Made by a program: the position numbers and the translations under genes | The notes under the pieces: generated by a model | Seen by the model: only the letters and a program-made list of their open reading frames with translations | Told to the model about the DNA's origin: nothing | Databases searched by the model: none | Shown here: piece by piece, positions 24,642 through 34,813 of the stretch | Layout of the letters: each line of letters opens with the position of its first letter | Numbering within the stretch: position 1 is the stretch's first letter | From: Convolutriloba macropyga | Lineage: Eukaryota | Reading direction: 5' to 3' | DNA: 64,000 nt | Assembly (NCBI RefSeq): GCF_964194025.1 | Contig: NW_027451295.1 | Coordinates: 1-64,000, forward strand

Positions 24642-26678
24642 GTGCTTATACGTCGTCGACCAGTTGTTCGATCTTCGAACCAGGCCGCAAAAAAAACAGA
24701 GTTTGTTCAGATGGCGTAGCCATAATTACATACACATAATACAATATATATATATGTACTATCAACCACAAAAGTCTTGACACGATTTTGTACGAAACAG
24801 GCATATATTTTCAGTACAGAGCAAGTTGTGGGCCAAATTGTGCAAATGGCGGACCATTGCAAAGCTTAGACCCCAAATGTTAAGAGAATCAGGGTTTAAA
24901 GCCCTAGTAACCCTATTTAGGGCCGGTATTGATAGTATGTTTCTCGATAATTACCGTACGCTCACTCACGGATGGCACCTATATGACACATATATCACCA
25001 TGGGTTTACCGTAGGCACCGCCAGGGCACCCGAGGAGCTGAAGGAGGCTGAGGATATGGTGTGGCAACCCTCCAATGAGGTTGGAGGAGGCTTGGGATTG
25101 AAGGACATGCCTATTGCGCGCGAGAACTGTGTGGACGGGGGCGTTGGCAAGCCAGGCCCCGTCGACCTGGGTTTTGGGGACTGTCACGGCCCTTATCTCC
25201 CACCGCTAAAAAAGATATAAATCGCCAAAGGGGGGGGCACAATGATGGGCGGGCCCCATAATTGTGGGGGTCTGATCATTTTAAAAATACTTCTGGCTCG
25301 CTCTGACAAGCCCTGCTATTTTTTTGGGTTTTTTCTGGGGGCATTTTTAGCCCTCTGATTCGCTTGACCGTGTAGTGTGTGCAGCTACATGCGCGAATAG
25401 ACCTCCCAATTTTGGAGGAGGTTGGGCCCTATGTGTAGTCCACATCCCCCGGGCCTCAAGCCAAAACACTCTCCCTAGAGCGAGGGAGAAATCTTGGCAT
25501 ATTCACTTATTTTCGCCCTGTATCTGGAAAAACGGCAAGTTCCCCAAATGTATGACCCATGTCCATGCTCTATGCCGCGTTTTCCCGTGCTAAAGCATGG
25601 CATTCTAGATTCCTACAGTCGTAGGCAGTATGCACATGCAAGTTTCGACTTGATTTGGCTTGATGGGTGTGTGCCATACCCATTACAGCAAGAAAAATGC
25701 CTTAAAAAACGTAGCAAATTGTCTATCCCTCTCAAGAATATGCATAAGATGCCACCATAATGGGCGACATTGTCCGAATGGACGACTTCATGACAAATCG
25801 CATGCTACATCCTTCCCCCTCTCAGATTTTGGGGGCCATTGATGCACGTTGTCAACTGCACATGCAATATACAACTACCCCAAAATCCAAGGTAGTACTC
25901 TGGATTTAGAAAATATCGCATAATAACACACCCCCTCATTGGTGGGGCCCTATGTGTTGCATGCTCGGATCTCCCTAGCGTATAACTGCAATGCACCAAG
26001 CGGTGACCATGTAAGAATTGTAATCAAGTGCCCATCTCGTCATGTTGTAGGCTCGAGAATTGTTCTGGGTGAACATGGACATTATAAGGATGAAGTTTTG
26101 ATCCGTGAAAGTGCTCATACAGATAGTATGAAAACGGGACGATTCATGCGGCGTTGTGGTCGATTTTGTGGGCAATTTTTCTGGAGAACGACCTGAACGG
26201 GGCAGCCTGGCAGGCGGTCATTTCAAGTCGCGGAAGTCGGCGAATTTCAGGATATACCTAGGATATCGTACGGATTGCGTATATTATGTCGTAGTTCTTT
26301 TGAAATCCGTAACGGTGCCGGACGATGTCTGGTTTCGGATTCGGCGTTCGGAGTTGAAAGTCGGCATGTGCCGATGGCGGTGGGGGGTGAGAAAGGTGAA
26401 TGCAGCGTTTGAAGGGGTGAAACCCAATGCGAGAGAAAAGGGGGCGTAGAAAGTGGGGCGGTGACGGCGGTCGCGCAGTGAACGGTTACGTATGGGCGGC
26501 GGCGGACGCGGTATAGCATGTGCAGTAGGTGGGTAAGGAAAGTTTGCACATACTTTACAAAAGTTAGTGCAATAGGGGGCAAAGCATCTCCAGAACGTGT
26601 GTACGTGTGTAGGCTACAGTAGAAGGCAGCCAAACCCGCACGGGTGTGACATGGGTATATACTATATCCAGTGATATA

Positions 26679-28038
26679 CACTACTCCAATAAAGTTCATG
26701 CAGTATGGATTTTGCAGGGTTAATGGCCACTAAGGGGCATGATGTTCAAAACATCCCCCCAAAGGCTCCTTATGTATGTCTTGCATGAGGCTATGGGGTA
26801 TAGGGGCTGTGCATTGGCTATTTGGCTGCAGTAGTGACTGTAAACCAGGGGGTCCTTGAATGTGTTGCATGGAGCTAGACCTCGTTTTTGCCCAAAACAA
26901 GGCCATTTTCGTGGCCATAGAGCACTTGGGAGGGATGGAGCATGGGAGGGATAACGGGATGGCAGTAATTGCTTGCTTTTGCGCTAGTTGTCCACCAAGG
27001 GACATGCCTAGAAACCATGTGGCCTAGCACCTATGGCAATTACATGTTGGTGTCAGAGGTTTCAGAACTGATGGGGATGAGGGCAGGCCAATGTGGTGCC
27101 TATGGTGGGACCCTATTTCGCGACCCATACCCTAATGAACCTGATTAGGGTGACAATAGGGCCCCACAGTCATCCGTATGAGGCCCTATGAGTATCACAG
27201 GGTGATTCCAAACCCTTAGGGTTAGGGAGAGATTTAGCCAAAACTGAGCAAAACATGCCAAATTGAGGTTCCCAGCAATTGACATGGGCCATAGAGGGTC
27301 AAGAGCTCAAAGATAGCCAAACCTTCGAATAGAGAAGTTGTGAAGCTATGAATTTTACCCCACATGAAGGGGTAGCTCGCCCACCATGGCCTTGGCATGA
27401 CTCTGCTATGGGGGCCTAGAGACAGTACAATTGAAAGTGCCAAAAACAGAAAATTGGCTGTACAGGCCCAGGGAGGCCTCAGATGGCGATTTTGACCGAT
27501 TTTTTGAGGCATGTGCGTAAACTAAGTTGAAAACTTATGTTTACTTGGGCTTCCCCGCACCCTATGCCACTTTCGGGGCCCCCGTCCGAGCTCTCGTGGC
27601 GAAGATAGCTCTCGGCCGCCCCCCTAAATCCCCTCAAATGCGCCCATCAAACTGGCTGCCCACAACATCCCACGTCCCTCTACCCCATGTCTTCCACACT
27701 CATTTTTGTGTTCTCTTGGCCATGGAACCTTCACATCTTGAGGTGTGTCGCCGATTTATGGAGTTACTACCATGCCAGAGTCGCCCAAGCCCTGGCACAG
27801 CCATGTACTACCTAGGTACTGTGAAAGCCAAGTACTGTAACCACCTCAGGTACCTAATACATCACATCATTTAACAACTCAAATCAAGGATTATGAACCT
27901 GAAATCATGTGAGCTGTAAGCCCTAGGGATAATGTCCACGTGACCTGGATAGGGTCTCAACCCTATCAATGTAAACCCTACAATACCACAATGACCAAAA
28001 TGCCCAAAAACACATGCATGAACTTTTTTGGATTAGTG
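26679..28038. mobile_element. Module A copy 1: 1,360-bp non-coding element with 24-bp TIRs
   Basis: Left TIR CACTACTCCAATAAAGTTCATGCA (26679-26702); right TIR TGCATGAACTTTTTTGGATTAGTG (28015-28038); 22/24 match. Left flank TA, right flank TG. Confidence 0.9.
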
Positions 28039-28224
28039 TGGGTGCGAGGGTTGGCCTAGGTTTTCAGACCCTTTCTAGGTTTTTACTCCAAGGGGACGCC
28101 TCATGTAGTCGGCGCCGCCATTCCACGCTGATGTGCACTCAAAATATCATTGTTATCCTTCCACCAGTGCCACTTTGTTTGCACGCACAGTTCTCCCGTA
28201 AGAATTTCAGTCTCTACGTACACA

Positions 28225-29277
28225 ATGGGGCGTGCTGCTGAGGATCTAGCATGGCGCTGGAAGCTTGTTCTTGAGTATGAGCGAGTGGGAAACTACTCTA
28301 AAGTCGCACAACGCCTACTATGCGATGCGAGAGTCGTGAAAAAGTGGGTGCTTCGCTATAAGGAGACTGGTGATGTGCAAGACAAGGACAGGTCTGGCAG
28401 ACCCAGTGCAGGGTTGTCAAGGCCTGAGGTGCAGGAACTGCTGAAAGCAGGCATAGAGGATGGGCTGAAGTGTCCACAACTATCCAACAAGCTGAAGAAG
28501 GATATGGGAATCTCTGTGAGCAAGGAAACTGTGAGGTTGCATCTACATGCCAACTTGGGGCGGCCGCTTCGTCCACGAAAAAAGCCCCAGCTGACAGACA
28601 GCCACAAGGCCAAGCGCTTGGCTTTCTGTTTGCAGTGGGTGAACAGGGATTGGTCAAATGTGGCTGTGTCAGACTCTAAGATCTTTTGGCTCAGTCGAAA
28701 GGGCATTGGCAACAAGGTATGGGTGTTGTATGGGGCTGAACCACCTGTGGAGGCTGCGTACAGAGACTGCACCAAAGTTCATGCTTATGCAGCTGTCACC
28801 AGGTGGGGCAAAACTCCACTGTTCTTCACTGCAGGCACCACAGGAATTAAATTCCCATCTAAGGGAGTAGGTGCTCAGTTATACCTTCAACTATTGGAGC
28901 AGCAGTTGGTTCCAGCCATAAGGGAGCTCATGAAGCAATGCAACGGCGTTCAAAGGGGGCGCCCCTGGATATTTCAGCAAGATGGGGCCCCAGCCCATAG
29001 GGCCAAGGTCACCAAGGCATGGCTAGCACAACAACCTGGCTTCACAGTGATGGAATGGCCCCCTAACAGCCCAGACTTGAGCTGGATTGAAAACCTATGG
29101 AGCGTGGTAGCTAAGCAACTTCACAAAAGGACAGATTTGACACCTCAAAATTTCGCTCAAGCAGTGATTGAAGAGTGGGATAGGATCCCTAGCAACACCT
29201 ACATGGCATTGTACAATTCCATTCAGCGAAGGCTGAGGTCTTGTATTGAGAACAATGGAGGGCATACAAAATACTAG
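28225..29277 (+). CDS. IS630-Tc1-mariner transposase, 350 aa, DD35E (module B copy 1)
   Basis: N-terminal HTH region, RSGRP linker, second HTH (VSKETVRLHL), KKPQLT..HKAKRLAFC; D150 (VAVSDSKIF), D253 (FQQDGAPAH), E289 (WPPNSPDLSWIENLW); C-terminal GGHTKY. ATG at 28225 (the ORF track starts at an upstream TTG). Confidence 0.95.
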   Translation: MGRAAEDLAWRWKLVLEYERVGNYSKVAQRLLCDARVVKKWVLRYKETGDVQDKDRSGRPSAGLSRPEVQELLKAGIEDGLKCPQLSNKLKKDMGISVSKETVRLHLHANLGRPLRPRKKPQLTDSHKAKRLAFCLQWVNRDWSNVAVSDSKIFWLSRKGIGNKVWVLYGAEPPVEAAYRDCTKVHAYAAVTRWGKTPLFFTAGTTGIKFPSKGVGAQLYLQLLEQQLVPAIRELMKQCNGVQRGRPWIFQQDGAPAHRAKVTKAWLAQQPGFTVMEWPPNSPDLSWIENLWSVVAKQLHKRTDLTPQNFAQAVIEEWDRIPSNTYMALYNSIQRRLRSCIENNGGHTKY

Positions 29278-29305
29278 GTTGGAAGCATAGCTACCATGAT
29301 TTTGA

Positions 29306-29310
29306 TGTAA
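29306..29310 (+). terminator. TGTAA chlorophyte-type polyadenylation signal of the transposase gene (present in every B copy)
   Basis: 28 nt after the stop codon and 33 nt before the end of B. TGTAA is the established near-upstream element in Chlamydomonas-type green algae; the host assignment is an inference. Confidence 0.5.
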
Positions 29311-29343
29311 ATCTATCAACCTCAGTCAAAAACATGAATCACA

Positions 29344-30703
29344 CACTACTCCAATAAAGTTCATGCAGTATGGATTTTGCAGGGTTAATGGCCACTAAGG
29401 GGCATGATGTTCAAAACATCCCCCCAAAGGCTCCTTATGTATGTCTTGCATGAGGCTATGGGGTATAGGGGCTGTGCATTGGCTATTTGGCTGCAGTAGT
29501 GACTGTAAACCAGGGGGTCCTTGAATGTGTTGCATGGAGCTAGACCTCGTTTTTGCCCAAAACAAGGCCATTTTCGTGGCCATAGAGCACTTGGGAGGGA
29601 TGGAGCATGGGAGGGATAACGGGATGGCAGTAATTGCTTGCTTTTGCGCTAGTTGTCCACCAAGGGACATGCCTAGAAACCATGTGGCCTAGCACCTATG
29701 GCAATTACATGTTGGTGTCAGAGGTTTCAGAACTGATGGGGATGAGGGCAGGCCAATGTGGTGCCTATGGTGGGACCCTATTTCGCGACCCATACCCTAA
29801 TGAACCTGATTAGGGTGACAATAGGGCCCCACAGTCATCCGTATGAGGCCCTATGAGTATCACAGGGTGATTCCAAACCCTTAGGGTTAGGGAGAGATTT
29901 AGCCAAAACTGAGCAAAACATGCCAAATTGAGGTTCCCAGCAATTGACATGGGCCATAGAGGGTCAAGAGCTCAAAGATAGCCAAACCTTCGAATAGAGA
30001 AGTTGTGAAGCTATGAATTTTACCCCACATGAAGGGGTAGCTCGCCCACCATGGCCTTGGCATGACTCTGCTATGGGGGCCTAGAGACAGTACAATTGAA
30101 AGTGCCAAAAACAGAAAATTGGCTGTACAGGCCCAGGGAGGCCTCAGATGGCGATTTTGACCGATTTTTTGAGGCATGTGCGTAAACTAAGTTGAAAACT
30201 TATGTTTACTTGGGCTTCCCCGCACCCTATGCCACTTTCGGGGCCCCCGTCCGAGCTCTCGTGGCGAAGATAGCTCTCGGCCGCCCCCCTAAATCCCCTC
30301 AAATGCGCCCATCAAACTGGCTGCCCACAACATCCCACGTCCCTCTACCCCATGTCTTCCACACTCATTTTTGTGTTCTCTTGGCCATGGAACCTTCACA
30401 TCTTGAGGTGTGTCGCCGATTTATGGAGTTACTACCATGCCAGAGTCGCCCAAGCCCTGGCACAGCCATGTACTACCTAGGTACTGTGAAAGCCAAGTAC
30501 TGTAACCACCTCAGGTACCTAATACATCACATCATTTAACAACTCAAATCAAGGATTATGAACCTGAAATCATGTGAGCTGTAAGCCCTAGGGATAATGT
30601 CCACGTGACCTGGATAGGGTCTCAACCCTATCAATGTAAACCCTACAATACCACAATGACCAAAATGCCCAAAAACACATGCATGAACTTTTTTGGATTA
30701 GTG
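29344..30703. mobile_element. Module A copy 2
   Basis: Same sequence as A1; flanked CA|...|TG with no TSD. Confidence 0.9.
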
Positions 30704-30889
30704 TGGGTGCGAGGGTTGGCCTAGGTTTTCAGACCCTTTCTAGGTTTTTACTCCAAGGGGACGCCTCATGTAGTCGGCGCCGCCATTCCACGCTGATGTG
30801 CACTCAAAATATCATTGTTATCCTTCCACCAGTGCCACTTTGTTTGCACGCACAGTTCTCCCGTAAGAATTTCAGTCTCTACGTACACA

Positions 30890-31942
30890 ATGGGGCGTGC
30901 TGCTGAGGATCTAGCATGGCGCTGGAAGCTTGTTCTTGAGTATGAGCGAGTGGGAAACTACTCTAAAGTCGCACAACGCCTACTATGCGATGCGAGAGTC
31001 GTGAAAAAGTGGGTGCTTCGCTATAAGGAGACTGGTGATGTGCAAGACAAGGACAGGTCTGGCAGACCCAGTGCAGGGTTGTCAAGGCCTGAGGTGCAGG
31101 AACTGCTGAAAGCAGGCATAGAGGATGGGCTGAAGTGTCCACAACTATCCAACAAGCTGAAGAAGGATATGGGAATCTCTGTGAGCAAGGAAACTGTGAG
31201 GTTGCATCTACATGCCAACTTGGGGCGGCCGCTTCGTCCACGAAAAAAGCCCCAGCTGACAGACAGCCACAAGGCCAAGCGCTTGGCTTTCTGTTTGCAG
31301 TGGGTGAACAGGGATTGGTCAAATGTGGCTGTGTCAGACTCTAAGATCTTTTGGCTCAGTCGAAAGGGCATTGGCAACAAGGTATGGGTGTTGTATGGGG
31401 CTGAACCACCTGTGGAGGCTGCGTACAGAGACTGCACCAAAGTTCATGCTTATGCAGCTGTCACCAGGTGGGGCAAAACTCCACTGTTCTTCACTGCAGG
31501 CACCACAGGAATTAAATTCCCATCTAAGGGAGTAGGTGCTCAGTTATACCTTCAACTATTGGAGCAGCAGTTGGTTCCAGCCATAAGGGAGCTCATGAAG
31601 CAATGCAACGGCGTTCAAAGGGGGCGCCCCTGGATATTTCAGCAAGATGGGGCCCCAGCCCATAGGGCCAAGGTCACCAAGGCATGGCTAGCACAACAAC
31701 CTGGCTTCACAGTGATGGAATGGCCCCCTAACAGCCCAGACTTGAGCTGGATTGAAAACCTATGGAGCGTGGTAGCTAAGCAACTTCACAAAAGGACAGA
31801 TTTGACACCTCAAAATTTCGCTCAAGCAGTGATTGAAGAGTGGGATAGGATCCCTAGCAACACCTACATGGCATTGTACAATTCCATTCAGCGAAGGCTG
31901 AGGTCTTGTATTGAGAACAATGGAGGGCATACAAAATACTAG
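30890..31942 (+). CDS. Tc1-like DD35E transposase, copy 2
   Basis: Translation identical to copy 1. Confidence 0.93.
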   Translation: MGRAAEDLAWRWKLVLEYERVGNYSKVAQRLLCDARVVKKWVLRYKETGDVQDKDRSGRPSAGLSRPEVQELLKAGIEDGLKCPQLSNKLKKDMGISVSKETVRLHLHANLGRPLRPRKKPQLTDSHKAKRLAFCLQWVNRDWSNVAVSDSKIFWLSRKGIGNKVWVLYGAEPPVEAAYRDCTKVHAYAAVTRWGKTPLFFTAGTTGIKFPSKGVGAQLYLQLLEQQLVPAIRELMKQCNGVQRGRPWIFQQDGAPAHRAKVTKAWLAQQPGFTVMEWPPNSPDLSWIENLWSVVAKQLHKRTDLTPQNFAQAVIEEWDRIPSNTYMALYNSIQRRLRSCIENNGGHTKY

Positions 31943-32197
31943 GTTGGAAGCATAGCTACCATGATTTTGATGTAAATCTATCAACCTCAGTCAAAAACAT
32001 GAATCACACTGTGGGTGCGAGGGTTGGCCTAGGTTTTCAGACCCTTTCTAGGTTTTTACTCCAAGGGGACGCCTCATGTAGTCGGCGCCGCCATTCCACG
32101 CTGATGTGCACTCAAAATATCATTGTTATCCTTCCACCAGTGCCACTTTGTTTGCACGCACAGTTCTCCCGTAAGAATTTCAGTCTCTACGTACACA

Positions 32198-33250
32198 ATG
32201 GGGCGTGCTGCTGAGGATCTAGCATGGCGCTGGAAGCTTGTTCTTGAGTATGAGCGAGTGGGAAACTACTCTAAAGTCGCACAACGCCTACTATGCGATG
32301 CGAGAGTCGTGAAAAAGTGGGTGCTTCGCTATAAGGAGACTGGTGATGTGCAAGACAAGGACAGGTCTGGCAGACCCAGTGCAGGGTTGTCAAGGCCTGA
32401 GGTGCAGGAACTGCTGAAAGCAGGCATAGAGGATGGGCTGAAGTGTCCACAACTATCCAACAAGCTGAAGAAGGATATGGGAATCTCTGTGAGCAAGGAA
32501 ACTGTGAGGTTGCATCTACATGCCAACTTGGGGCGGCCGCTTCGTCCACGAAAAAAGCCCCAGCTGACAGACAGCCACAAGGCCAAGCGCTTGGCTTTCT
32601 GTTTGCAGTGGGTGAACAGGGATTGGTCAAATGTGGCTGTGTCAGACTCTAAGATCTTTTGGCTCAGTCGAAAGGGCATTGGCAACAAGGTATGGGTGTT
32701 GTATGGGGCTGAACCACCTGTGGAGGCTGCGTACAGAGACTGCACCAAAGTTCATGCTTATGCAGCTGTCACCAGGTGGGGCAAAACTCCACTGTTCTTC
32801 ACTGCAGGCACCACAGGAATTAAATTCCCATCTAAGGGAGTAGGTGCTCAGTTATACCTTCAACTATTGGAGCAGCAGTTGGTTCCAGCCATAAGGGAGC
32901 TCATGAAGCAATGCAACGGCGTTCAAAGGGGGCGCCCCTGGATATTTCAGCAAGATGGGGCCCCAGCCCATAGGGCCAAGGTCACCAAGGCATGGCTAGC
33001 ACAACAACCTGGCTTCACAGTGATGGAATGGCCCCCTAACAGCCCAGACTTGAGCTGGATTGAAAACCTATGGAGCGTGGTAGCTAAGCAACTTCACAAA
33101 AGGACAGATTTGACACCTCAAAATTTCGCTCAAGCAGTGATTGAAGAGTGGGATAGGATCCCTAGCAACACCTACATGGCATTGTACAATTCCATTCAGC
33201 GAAGGCTGAGGTCTTGTATTGAGAACAATGGAGGGCATACAAAATACTAG
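32198..33250 (+). CDS. Tc1-like DD35E transposase, copy 3
   Basis: Translation identical to copy 1. Confidence 0.93.
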   Translation: MGRAAEDLAWRWKLVLEYERVGNYSKVAQRLLCDARVVKKWVLRYKETGDVQDKDRSGRPSAGLSRPEVQELLKAGIEDGLKCPQLSNKLKKDMGISVSKETVRLHLHANLGRPLRPRKKPQLTDSHKAKRLAFCLQWVNRDWSNVAVSDSKIFWLSRKGIGNKVWVLYGAEPPVEAAYRDCTKVHAYAAVTRWGKTPLFFTAGTTGIKFPSKGVGAQLYLQLLEQQLVPAIRELMKQCNGVQRGRPWIFQQDGAPAHRAKVTKAWLAQQPGFTVMEWPPNSPDLSWIENLWSVVAKQLHKRTDLTPQNFAQAVIEEWDRIPSNTYMALYNSIQRRLRSCIENNGGHTKY

Positions 33251-33505
33251 GTTGGAAGCATAGCTACCATGATTTTGATGTAAATCTATCAACCTCAGTC
33301 AAAAACATGAATCACACAGTGGGTGCGAGGGTTGGCCTAGGTTTTCAGACCCTTTCTAGGTTTTTACTCCAAGGGGACGCCTCATGTAGTCGGCGCCGCC
33401 ATTCCACGCTGATGTGCACTCAAAATATCATTGTTATCCTTCCACCAGTGCCACTTTGTTTGCACGCACAGTTCTCCCGTAAGAATTTCAGTCTCTACGT
33501 ACACA

Positions 33506-34558
33506 ATGGGGCGTGCTGCTGAGGATCTAGCATGGCGCTGGAAGCTTGTTCTTGAGTATGAGCGAGTGGGAAACTACTCTAAAGTCGCACAACGCCTACT
33601 ATGCGATGCGAGAGTCGTGAAAAAGTGGGTGCTTCGCTATAAGGAGACTGGTGATGTGCAAGACAAGGACAGGTCTGGCAGACCCAGTGCAGGGTTGTCA
33701 AGGCCTGAGGTGCAGGAACTGCTGAAAGCAGGCATAGAGGATGGGCTGAAGTGTCCACAACTATCCAACAAGCTGAAGAAGGATATGGGAATCTCTGTGA
33801 GCAAGGAAACTGTGAGGTTGCATCTACATGCCAACTTGGGGCGGCCGCTTCGTCCACGAAAAAAGCCCCAGCTGACAGACAGCCACAAGGCCAAGCGCTT
33901 GGCTTTCTGTTTGCAGTGGGTGAACAGGGATTGGTCAAATGTGGCTGTGTCAGACTCTAAGATCTTTTGGCTCAGTCGAAAGGGCATTGGCAACAAGGTA
34001 TGGGTGTTGTATGGGGCTGAACCACCTGTGGAGGCTGCGTACAGAGACTGCACCAAAGTTCATGCTTATGCAGCTGTCACCAGGTGGGGCAAAACTCCAC
34101 TGTTCTTCACTGCAGGCACCACAGGAATTAAATTCCCATCTAAGGGAGTAGGTGCTCAGTTATACCTTCAACTATTGGAGCAGCAGTTGGTTCCAGCCAT
34201 AAGGGAGCTCATGAAGCAATGCAACGGCGTTCAAAGGGGGCGCCCCTGGATATTTCAGCAAGATGGGGCCCCAGCCCATAGGGCCAAGGTCACCAAGGCA
34301 TGGCTAGCACAACAACCTGGCTTCACAGTGATGGAATGGCCCCCTAACAGCCCAGACTTGAGCTGGATTGAAAACCTATGGAGCGTGGTAGCTAAGCAAC
34401 TTCACAAAAGGACAGATTTGACACCTCAAAATTTCGCTCAAGCAGTGATTGAAGAGTGGGATAGGATCCCTAGCAACACCTACATGGCATTGTACAATTC
34501 CATTCAGCGAAGGCTGAGGTCTTGTATTGAGAACAATGGAGGGCATACAAAATACTAG
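33506..34558 (+). CDS. Tc1-like DD35E transposase, copy 4
   Basis: Translation identical to copy 1. Confidence 0.93.
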   Translation: MGRAAEDLAWRWKLVLEYERVGNYSKVAQRLLCDARVVKKWVLRYKETGDVQDKDRSGRPSAGLSRPEVQELLKAGIEDGLKCPQLSNKLKKDMGISVSKETVRLHLHANLGRPLRPRKKPQLTDSHKAKRLAFCLQWVNRDWSNVAVSDSKIFWLSRKGIGNKVWVLYGAEPPVEAAYRDCTKVHAYAAVTRWGKTPLFFTAGTTGIKFPSKGVGAQLYLQLLEQQLVPAIRELMKQCNGVQRGRPWIFQQDGAPAHRAKVTKAWLAQQPGFTVMEWPPNSPDLSWIENLWSVVAKQLHKRTDLTPQNFAQAVIEEWDRIPSNTYMALYNSIQRRLRSCIENNGGHTKY

Positions 34559-34813
34559 GTTGGAAGCATAGCTACCATGATTTTGATGTAAATCTATCAA
34601 CCTCAGTCAAAAACATGAATCACACTGTGGGTGCGAGGGTTGGCCTAGGTTTTCAGACCCTTTCTAGGTTTTTACTCCAAGGGGACGCCTCATGTAGTCG
34701 GCGCCGCCATTCCACGCTGATGTGCACTCAAAATATCATTGTTATCCTTCCACCAGTGCCACTTTGTTTGCACGCACAGTTCTCCCGTAAGAATTTCAGT
34801 CTCTACGTACACA

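Larger units (their letters stand above)
23919..24727 (+). mobile_element. Helentron/HINE-like non-autonomous element X2
   Basis: 5' TCACAAACTCTGTTTGTTCTGAG followed by (GT)n; 3' AAACAGAGTTTGT-TCAG-ATGGCgtaGCCAT hairpin-AATT; same ends as X1. Confidence 0.6.

Noticed and set aside
24170-24739. Pro-rich extensin-like ORFs (PRPPTPD)n
   Set aside because: These are translations of a heptamer DNA repeat that gives the same peptide in several frames.
26730-27874. Short ORFs in module A (91, 92, 115 aa) and overlapping or antisense ORFs in B
   Set aside because: No recognisable motifs; they recur only because the DNA is repeated. A spliced gene in A cannot be fully excluded.
26679-28038. Module A as a CACTA/EnSpm element (ends CACTA...TAGTG)
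   Set aside because: There is no 3-bp TSD and the outer flank is TA. CACTAC...AAAGTT starts are also seen in Tc1 TIRs, and the scars fit Tc1 chemistry.
28150-28224. 375-aa N-terminally extended transposase
   Set aside because: It starts at TTG; the first ATG (ACAATGG) at 28225 gives a typical 350-aa protein.
26679-30703. A-B-A as an LTR retrotransposon
   Set aside because: No gag, RT, RNase H, PBS or PPT; the repeats end CA...TG rather than TG...CA.
33315-33321. Junctions read CACAGTG/CACTGTG, the V(D)J RSS heptamer or a Transib end
   Set aside because: There is no nonamer at 12 or 23 bp spacing on either side, and the protein is Tc1-like rather than RAG1/Transib. The heptamer arises automatically from CA + scar + TG.
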